Shown piece by piece: positions 54,496-64,000 of a DNA stretch of 64,000 bases. The position numbers and the translations under genes were made by a program. The stretch's first letter is position 1. Every line of letters begins with the position of its first letter. Source of the stretch: Camelus dromedarius (taxonomy: Eukaryota); the NCBI RefSeq assembly GCF_036321535.1, contig NC_087437.1, positions 3,224,001-3,288,000 of the forward strand. Reading direction: 5' to 3'. The notes under the pieces are model-generated. The model saw nothing but the letters and a program-made list of their open reading frames with translations. It did not search any database and was not told where the DNA came from.

Positions 54496-56387
54496 TTTTT
54501 TTTTTTTTCCATTGAAGTATAGTCAGTTTACAATGTTGTGTCCATTTTTGGTGTACAGCATCATGTTTCAGACATACGTGCACATGCATATATTCCTTTG
54601 CATAGTCTTTTTCATTATAGGTTACTACAAGATATTGACTATAGTTCCCTGTGCTATATAGTAGGACCTTGTTGTTTATTTTACATATAGTAGTTAGTAT
54701 CTGCAAAACTCGAATTCCCAATTTATCCCTTCCCACCCCCTTTTCTCCCTGGTAACCATAAGATTGTTTACTATGTCTGTGAATCTATTTCTGTTTTGTA
54801 GATAAGTTCATTAGTGTCTTCTTTTTTCTTTTTTTAGATTGCATGTATGAGTGATATGGTATTTTTCATTCTCTGCCTGGCTTACTTCACTTAGAATGAT
54901 GATCTCTAGGTCCATCCATGTCAATGCAAATGGCATTATTTTTTTAATGGCTGAGTAGTATTCCATTGTATAAATATACCACAGGTTCTTTATCAATGAT
55001 CTGTTGATAGACATTTAGGTCGCTTCCATGTCTTAGCTATTGTAAATTGTGCTACTGTGAACATTGGGGTCCATGTATCTCTTCAAATTAGAGTTCTTTC
55101 CAGATATATGCCCAGGAGTGGATTGCTGGATCATATGTTAAGTCTATTTTTAGTTTTTGGAGGAATCTCCATACTGTTTTCCCTGCACCGAACTGCATTC
55201 CCACCAGCAGTGTAGGAGGGGTCCCCTTTCTCCACAGCCTCTCCAGCATTTATCATTTGTGGATTTTTGAATGATGGCCATTCGGACTGGTGTGAGGTGT
55301 TACCTCATTGCAGTTTTGATTTATATTTCTCTAATAATTAGTGATACTGAACATTTTTTTCATGTGCCTGTTGGCCATTTGTAGGTCTTCATTGGAGAAT
55401 TGCTTGTTTAGGTCTTCTGTCCATTTTTTGATTGGGTTGTTTGGTTTTTGGTTATTCAGTTGTATGAGCTGTTATACGTTCTGGAAATTAAGCCCTTGTC
55501 AGTTGCATCATTTGAAAATATTTTCTCCCATTTCATAGGTTGTCTTTTTGTTTTACTTATGATTTCCTTTGCTGTGCAAAAGCATGTAAGTTTAATTAGG
55601 TCCCATTTCTTTATTTTTGCTCTTATTTCTATTACCTGGGTAGGCTGCCCTAAGAGAACATTGCTAAGATTTATGTCAAAACTGCTTTGCCTGTGTTTTC
55701 TTCTAGGAAACTTATTTTGTCTTGTCTTATATTTAAGTCTTTAAGCCATTTTGAGTTTATTTTTGTGTGTGGTGTGAGAGAGTGTTCTAGCTTCGTTGAT
55801 TTACATGCAGCTGCCCAGTTTTCCCCAAACCACTTACTCCATTGTATGTTCTTGCCTCCTTTGTTGAGGATTAATTGACCATAGGTCTGTGGGTTTATTT
55901 CTGGGCTCTCTATTCTGTTCCATTGATCCATGTCTTTTTATACCAATACCATGCTGTTCTGATTACTATAGCTCTGTAGTATTGCCTGAAGTCTAGGAGG
56001 GTTATTCCTCCAGCTTTGTTATCTTTCTTCAGTACTGCTTTGGCAATTCTGGGTCTTTTGTGATTCCATAAAATTTTAGGATTATTTGCTCTGGTTCTGT
56101 GAAAAATGTCCTGGGTAATTTGATAGGGATCACGTTAAATCTGTAGATTGCTTGGGGGTTATATGGCCATTTTAACAATATTAATTCTTCCCATCCAAGA
56201 ACATGGGATATCTTTTCATTTCTTTAAGTCATCTTTAATTTCCTAGCTAATGTTTTGTAGTTCTCCACCTGTAAGTCTTTCACCTCCTTGGTCAGATTTA
56301 TTCCTAAGTATATTTTTTGGATGCAATTTTAAAAGTGATTGTTTCTTTAATTTCCTTTTCTGATATTTCATTGTTAGTGTAGTGTAA
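54496..56387 (-). mobile_element. 5'-truncated L1 (about 1.9 kb), 15-bp TSD
   Basis: Poly-T start, 3'UTR, ORF2 ([20 protein letters not shown]). TSD gtcacctcccttctt (54481-54495) versus gtcatcttccttctt (56388-56402). Confidence 0.95.
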
Positions 56388-59229
56388 GTCATCTTCCTTC
56401 TTGTAGCCTTAAACTCATCACAGAGGAGTGCAGCTGCTTTGGAGCCATCCTAATAAGGAGAAGAAAGCTAGAACTACCATCCTCCCAAGAAGTTAGAGAG
56501 AAACAAGCTGAGATGCCTCTTCGTGCTGCCTCCAGCCTGGGGCCCCACCCCCCGCTGTGGTCTCAGGCTTCCTTGTTGAGATAACTGCTTGGACTTTTGT
56601 GTCCTGGAGGAACTGACTCATGCAAGAGGCAGAGGCTTAAGTCAGGAGGCCAATGTATTAATTTACAAAAGTTTTAATAAATTAATTTCACAAAAACTGT
56701 AATCCTCATGCTCCATACAAGATCCTTCTCCCCTGCTGTCTAAGCCATCCCGAAGCAGAATTAGCGATCAGAATACTGCATGCAGAGCCTGGAAAGATCA
56801 ATCAGGACTCGAGAGGTTCGACTGTGGTCAGCAGTTTGACACAGACACCCTTTGGAGAGTCTGATTAAGTTAATAGGATGTTTGCCTTCAAAATGCAGAC
56901 CATTTCCAGGGCTTCGTGAGCTCATTAAAGCGGATCTCTGGACTCGAGCCCTAAGCCAAGCCACGGTCTTGTCAGAGTCTAATTTTCAAAAAGTGAAAAG
57001 TATGACTCCTCCAACTATCAGATGAACGTGTGTCAAAGATTTTAATCAGCGCGTTCATCAGTGAGGAATCCAGTAAGATGATGAAAGTATCTTCCAGGAG
57101 TATTTTGTGCAATAGGGTTTATGTGGTCTTTTTCTTTAAACAGGACTAAGTTCTCTCAGTACAAAATTGCTCAGTGTCCTTCACAGCAATAAGTCACAAA
57201 CTTCAGGGCTGCCTCTGCTACTAGATAGAGGCCATTGCATCTTCCATGAGTTTAAAAGAAGTAAATTCACAGAGTCTGATCTCTGAATTAAGAAACAATA
57301 AATAGCAAAACCAGGAGACAAAAACTACTGCTTTTTCCTCCCTTGGATCAGCCCTCCTCCCATTCTTGGAGGTGCACTTTTCCTTTTCTAACTAAATCCT
57401 TTAAAATCTTTTGCTACACAATGCAAAAAATAAAATAAAATAAAATAAATAGCAAAATCATGCAATGCTGCGTTCTTGTAGGGAAATCCATCATCCTTGG
57501 GCCTGTTAAAGTTTTACATGCCTTTGAGAAGACTTATAGTCACACTCTTGGCATATATCCAGGTTATGGAAAATTTTTCTTAGTATCCATGCCAATTTTC
57601 TACATTCTTCTTAGACCTGTTTAGTTCCTATTTAAAAATTCAGAATTGAAATAATTATTTTTAAACATCTCAGAGGGTTTCCCCAGTGACAGGCAAACAT
57701 AGCCAATTTTTGTAGAGTGGCCTTATTCAAAGTTAGGAAGTAGATCATGGATCAGTTTGGCTTATCTCCTCTTAAATTCCAGTGTCTACTTAGGCTTAAA
57801 GAAATGGGGCAGGAGAGCAATTGCTTGGTGATAAAAACTCGTACAAGTAGTAAGTATTGTCTTTCTGGACTTTCATTAGTTTTCTGAAGTGGGTTTGTCA
57901 TGTGCCACACTTCTGTATTGTCCATTCTTGGTCACAGCCTATACTCCACAGGGCTAAGCGTACCTTTGGGACCTGTAGCTGTGGCACCCAACTTCCTTAC
58001 AAACAGGTGGCCACTGATTTCACCCACTGTCCCTTAAAATAAGTGGACTGGGAGTGACCACACGGGAATGAGGGGGAGAGCACGGAGGCGCCTCCAGAGA
58101 GGAGACCGGACTCACCCTGGACCATGTGGCTCATTGGAAGCCAAACTGTGACTTGCATCTGGACCTACAGAAGGGACAAGAGTATTAGTCCACCTCTGTG
58201 CACCTGCTGTATGCCGGGAGCTATGCAGAGTCCTTTCCCACATTCCATTCCCTCTAATCCACAACAAAATTACAAGGTTAACGGAGAAGGAAACCGAAGC
58301 TCAGAGAGTTGAGTAAGCCCCTAAAAATTCAGACTTCTTCAGGATGGAAACTGAACCCAGGACTGGTTGAGTCTAAGTCCATCTGATACCTCCTGAGGTT
58401 TCCGGAGGCCCTTCTTTATATCTTTTATTCTGATGCCCGAGAGAAATGAGGGGACTTTTCAGTGCTGTCCCCAAGGTAGGATTAAAAAACAAAATAGCAG
58501 GTTTGTTTCTCCATCATCGTCAATAGTTGAAGGACAAAGGAGGAGGAGAAATACCAAGGACCTTCCTGCAACTTAGCATCACCCATCACATTTCAGGTGA
58601 AGTGTCCATGCAGTGAACAGCCAGGAAACAGGGACCTCTGGGGGTTTTGTCAGCTTGTTATAAAGTCCCAGAGAGCCCAATAGTATTTTAAGTCTCTTGG
58701 GGGACCCTGCATATATGTGGGAAAAATCACATACAGGCAGAAAGGAGATAGCACCTTGGAGCAGTTCTGTCATGCTTTTCTTAGTGTAAAATCAGAGATG
58801 ATAAAAACACTCTTTTGCTTTTCTGCCTTTGTATGTATCGTGTCTGTTTCCAAATGCTTCCCCACATTTTCTCTGCAGAGCCTCATCCGGGAGGGAGACA
58901 GGACAGGAATTATTGTTCCCATTTTTGCAGGAGATGAAGTTGAGGCATAGATTAAGTAATTTGCACAAGACATCACAGATAATTAGCAAAAGTGAGAGGA
59001 GCAGGTAGGGGAAAGTGCTATTGCTTGAAATGGTTTACAGTTTTTTTTTATTATGCAGTTCTATCAATAAAAGCACTTTCAACATACACATATTTTATTA
59101 ATTATACACCTTTATGCTTGTACTAATAGAGTATGTATATTTTAAGTTTTATAGAATACTAGAATTTTAAAGGCTGTGAGAAAAATGAATATAAATAGAA
59201 GTGCTCATTTTCCTCCTTCAGTCCAATTG

Positions 59230-59808
59230 TGCACTCACCCAGGGGGTGGGGATTCACACCCTCCAGTATCCATGTCTTTGTGTATTTCCCTCCCTTTGAG
59301 TGTGAGCAGGACCTGTGACCCTTTGACCAGTATATATGGCCGAGGTGGGGGGATATTATTCTCATGGTGATGTTATGTTGCATGGCAAAGGTGAAGATGT
59401 CATTAAGAGCCCTAATCAACTGATATTGAATCACTCAAAAGGGAGATTGTCCTGGTGGGCCTGACCTAATCAGTAAGCATCTGTGCCTTCACTGAAATCA
59501 GAGACTTCAAGCAGCCAAGACTCCATCTCTCTGTTGCTGGCTTTCAAGAAACAAGCTGTCGTGTATTCAACAGCCAGAGATTTTTTCAACAACACGAGGG
59601 AGCCTGGAGCAGACCTTCCCCAGTCAAGCATCCAGATGAGAATGCAGCCCAGCCAGTACCTAGACTTCAGCCCAGGAGATCCTAAGCGGAGGACTCAGCT
59701 GAGCTATGCCTGGACTCTTGTCCCATGGAAACTGTGAGATAGCAAGTGTGTATTCTCCTTAGCCACTCCATCGCAGTAATATGTTACCGAGCAGCACGAA
59801 ACAAACAC
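59230..59808 (+). mobile_element. MaLR MLT1 (E/F-like) LTR
   Basis: ccctccctttgagtgtgagcaggacctgtgac...aaaagggagattgtcctggtgggcctgacctaatcag...ccagatgagaatgcagccc...ccatggaaactgtgagata. Confidence 0.8.
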
Positions 59809-61419
59809 GCCAGGTGGTGGTGTCCGGCACCCCTCGGTTTTGCACACCTTATTTTCTAGTCAAAGAATCTGAGTGCCTACTAAGCGCCAGGCACTCTGCT
59901 CAGCACTTTACCTTTAAGATGTCATTTAATCCTCCCCACCTTGTGCAGTTGGTATTTTTGTACCTATTTGAGGGTGACAAACTGAGATTCAGTGGGAGTA
60001 AGCAACCTGCCCCAGATTCCACAGTCAGAAATAAAAGGTGAGGGCCCTGAACATCAGCTTGGAGCTGAGAGTAAAGCCATTTCTTCTAACTTCCCTTCTT
60101 CTGTTGTAGCCAAATGACCTGATAGAATCCTACACCAGAAAAGAAATTCCACACTCCCTTTTCTGCTCACTCATTAAATGTTTACTGACTTTGCGCATTG
60201 CCTTCGGATAAGTCCTGAAGAGGGACAGCCATCAGGCTGCCCTGCCCTCACACACAACTTGGCTCAGAGGAATGACCATAGCGTGTCTTTCCCCGACGGG
60301 AGGGACTTGGTCCACCACCATCTTCAGAGACCACTCTGTAGTGAGCTTTCTTCCACACCTTCTAGGACAGAGCTAACACCTGGTCTTATGAGGAGAAAGT
60401 TGAGATGTTCCTTCTCTGTTCCGGGCTGGGGCCTGGCATAGTGCTCTGTACGGTCTGTGTCTGTTAGGCGGCAGCAGTGGGGTTTCTGTGTGGTTGTTAC
60501 TTCTACATGAGGAGTCTGCATGAGACCGTCTGTTGTGGCCAGAGCAGCTCTTGGGCTGCAGAGTTCAAACAGTTGGATGATTCAAGATCAGCGAAGCTTG
60601 AAGCTCTTGGAGGCAGCTTGACATGACCTCCCATTCATTCTGCTGTGACCTGCCACGCCCCGAACTGCTGCTCTTTGCAAATCAGTTTTTCACCTGGTGA
60701 CTGCTCTCCTAGCAGCTGCTGCCCCTGTGTTTCCAAGTCCCAGGCCTTGCAAGTCCATCACTAAGCAACCCCAAGGACAGAGAGCAAAGAGGAACATTCT
60801 CGGTTTCCGTGCTTGCATCGTGTCCTGGTGAGGAAGGACTTTGGCAGGACTGAAATGGCAGGTGAACACCAGCACTTGCTTCTGACTTTGCTACCTGCTT
60901 CCGGGTGATTGGACCGCCTTGGGCATGTCCCAGAGCTTCATACCACCCTCTCTAAGCCTTGCTGTCTTCCTTAGTCAGATGAAGATAATCGTACCTGCCC
61001 TGATTCCATAAGACTTACTTACTCATTCATTCAGCAAATCTTGGATTGCCTCCTCTATGTCAAAACAGCCTTAATAATCTACATTAAAAGACTGCCATCA
61101 GGGAGTAAAACCAGAAACTTCAAAATCATCTCAATTGCAAAGATCTTTTCCTTGCAAGTGATAATCATTTGCTGAATGTCTTTTAAGTGCCAGCTTCCTT
61201 AATATATTAAATATGTGATCATTCATTCAATTATAGATAAATCTCCATTCAAGACCTAGTCTCCGTGAGGCCCCGTGCTGGTTTCTGGAGGTTCAGAGAT
61301 GCACGTCTCCACCAACAGGACTTTCACAGTGTAACGAGGGAGCCCAATAGTAAGGTATAAGCAAGAAAAACAAAAAGAGGAGAAAAGATGAAAGTAGAAG
61401 CACACAGATTTTTTTTTGC

Positions 61420-61550
61420 TATTTTTTTCCGATTTTTTATTATGGAAAATTTGACAGATACTGCAAAAGTTGAAAGAATAATACAGTTAACACTTACATA
61501 CCCTCTAATTGGATGTAACAAATGATAACATCTTGGCATTTTGCTTTATA
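61420..61550 (-). mobile_element. Old L1M 3' terminal fragment
   Basis: ttttattatggaaaatttgacagatactgcaaaagttgaaagaataatacagttaacac. Confidence 0.6.
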
Positions 61551-64000
61551 TTCAGATTTTTTTTAAGTGCAGAAATACCAGGGAAAGAAAAATCTGTAGG
61601 ACCCCCTGTCCTGGGATGTGAGGGAGGAAAGATATGGTCAGACTCACATTCTGATAGTTAATCTGACTCCATGGACTTGACCAAGGGGAAAAAAAAAAAA
61701 AAACAGTTACGGTGTTTCTGTGGTCCAGGCAAGAGAGAGTGAGGCCCTGAAGTGCAGAGGCATCAAGGGTAAGAGAGCAGAGGAGTCATTTGGAGACTAT
61801 TTAGGCAACACATTTCACAGGAAGGAGTGATTGTCTAGATATCAGATGGGAAAGAGGAGAGAGGAAAAAGGGGATTAAGAGTCCTCTCCAGTTTCTCACT
61901 TGAGTAATATTAAGTCCTGTCCTCAGCCCTGCAGGGTAGGTATTGTTATTGGTGTTTCACTCAGAGCCTCAAGGTCAAATATCTGATAAGGTCAGGGCCC
62001 AGATTCAAACCTTGAATTCAAACTCCAGACTTTTTTTTTTCACTACAGAATCAGCCTCCTCCAGCAACTTCATATTAGTTTTCCACGTACCCCTCTTCTT
62101 AGATTCAAAGATCTGCTCCCTGGACCATGAGACGGGACAAGGGAGGAGAAAGGACATACAGCAGGATCAGGGATGACAGAGCAGGCAGAAGTGGAAGTAC
62201 TAACCAGGCTTCCCTCCTTCCCTCACCTGCATCCCTTCCCACCTCTCTTCTCCACCAGCAGGTGCCTGGTCCTCGGGGTCAGGGCTCTCCTGGGAACCCA
62301 GTCTCGTCTGGAGGAATTGGCACAGGCAGCCTCGACAGGGGTCCCCAACAGTCAGATTTGCTGGGATTTCTAACAGATCTGGGGATGTATCTAATGTGCT
62401 CCAAAGGATGAGAATCAGGAAATTCTAGTTTGCTATTTGCTTTCCAGCATCCCCAGGCTCCGTCCTTCACTCCAGCTGTCATTTGCAAGGCCAAACTTGT
62501 TGTCTGGCCAAAGCAGTATCTTGACAGTGGTTGGGAGCTGTTTTACCCTTCAGAGTTTCCTCTGGATCCGAATAGCAGTTATGAGACAGTTGGGGCCAGA
62601 GTAGAAAGCTCCTCTTCGCCCATCTTTCCCTTGAGGCTCTGCTCCCAAGGGCGGGGGGCTCGTGGTTCAGATGACAGAATGGTGCCATCCGTGGACCAGA
62701 GTTCTGCATCATCAGTGATTTCCAAGGCAGCGAAGACGTTACCCTGCAGCAGTTGAGCCTGGAGATGGTATCCAGCTCTCATCACTGGCTGCCCAGCCCT
62801 TTCCTCATCCTTACATGCTTGCCTTTCTTTTTTTCTTCAATTTGCCTATTTACTGCTTCTCCAGATTGCCAAAGAACATGTCAAAGGATGCTACTAGCCT
62901 GGAGCTGAGGTGGTTTCCTGATGCTAGGGTACACCGCAGCTGTCCTCAGCAGGACTCACTGTCTGAGTGACATTTGTTGGGCCTTGGAGACATGGGAGAG
63001 GTTTTATGAGGTTTCCTGAGGACAGAATTCAACCTCATGAGTTTTTCTGCTTTTACGATAGGTAGGGAAAAGAGTTTTCTTTGTTTCACAGAACAGTTTC
63101 AATGAAAGTTATCAATAAAATTATCCAAAGTACTTAGATAATTTCGTTGCATTTTATATTAAGAAATAGGATGCTGTGGATGGAGGAAAACTCTTTGGCC
63201 TGATGCTTAATTCTTGGGGGCATTGTATGTTTTAAGAGACATATAACCAGAGCCCTTCCTATCTTAGCCTGATATATAGAGAAAGGTTTTCTGTTCTTTT
63301 CCTTCTATTTGTGTATAGTTTGTCACCTTTTTGCAGCAGACTTTGTATACTTAGTGAATCACAAAGAGTGAGATTCTGGCCTCTTTCTGTACAAAGTAAT
63401 ACCCTGTGTTAGAAATTGGATATTCTGCAGATGTTGAAAAGAACGGCCTTTTATGGAGGACTTTTTCCACTTCCTGGGTCCTTCTCCAAGATCAAGGTCT
63501 GAGTTCTACTCACACTTCTGAAACTCTTCCTACTGACTTTGGACAAATAACCTTTTTGTTCTTAAATTGCATCGCCTACAAAGCAAAGATGGTAATGCCT
63601 GCCCCCACCCACTTCCCAGTAACATTTTTTGAGTCAATGACAAAGTCTGAAAAGCACTTTAGATTGTTCTGTGGGACCTTTATTTTAGCAGTGCCTTCTT
63701 AGCCGTCAGGGCCACACAGTCAGGGCAGCCAGATCTGTGCCGCAAAGGCTCTGAATGCTGAGACTTCAGAAAGTGAAAACCCAGCTCACAGCTCACTTTC
63801 TCCAGACTCTGCATTTGCAGCTTTGAATCTTGTTTAATTTATGACTAGATGAGATACTTTACCTCTCTCGACCTCCATCGGGGCATGAAACAGTACCTGC
63901 TTTATGGAGCTGCCGTGAGGATTAGAGGTAATACAAACAACTCGCTCAGCATACAATAAGTGGTCAGGGAGCACGGCTACATTATCTGTATTAGATGTTA

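Overview
Mammalian genomic DNA, most likely camelid, because the only young SINE is a short tRNA-Ala-derived element of the Vic-1 type. The whole window lies inside the copine-4 gene (CPNE4) on the + strand. Five internal coding exons (180, 72, 75, 84 and 90 bp, all phase 0, canonical AG/GT) join into a continuous 167-aa frame covering most of C2A and the first part of C2B. The start and the downstream exons lie outside the window. The rest is intron filled with L1 fragments (several nested, some with target-site duplications), three SINE copies, three ERV1-like solo LTRs, MaLR LTRs, hAT MITEs, L2/MIR relics and simple repeats. I see no convincing new protein-coding gene, RNA gene or novel system. 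The best leads are testable hypotheses: (1) a sense-strand solo LTR whose poly(A) signal position reads GTAAGT and could splice to an exon carrying an in-frame ATG, giving a C2A-less copine; (2) inverted L1 copies flanking a 501-nt frame-preserving exon block (circRNA candidate with a stop-free circular frame); (3) a SINE/L1/L1M-tail chimeric retro-insertion; (4) a MER41-like LTR with a STAT-type site; (5) homeodomain/POU site clusters and an intronic CpG island-like patch. Repeat family names come from recalled consensus similarity, not a database search, and boundaries of old repeats are approximate.
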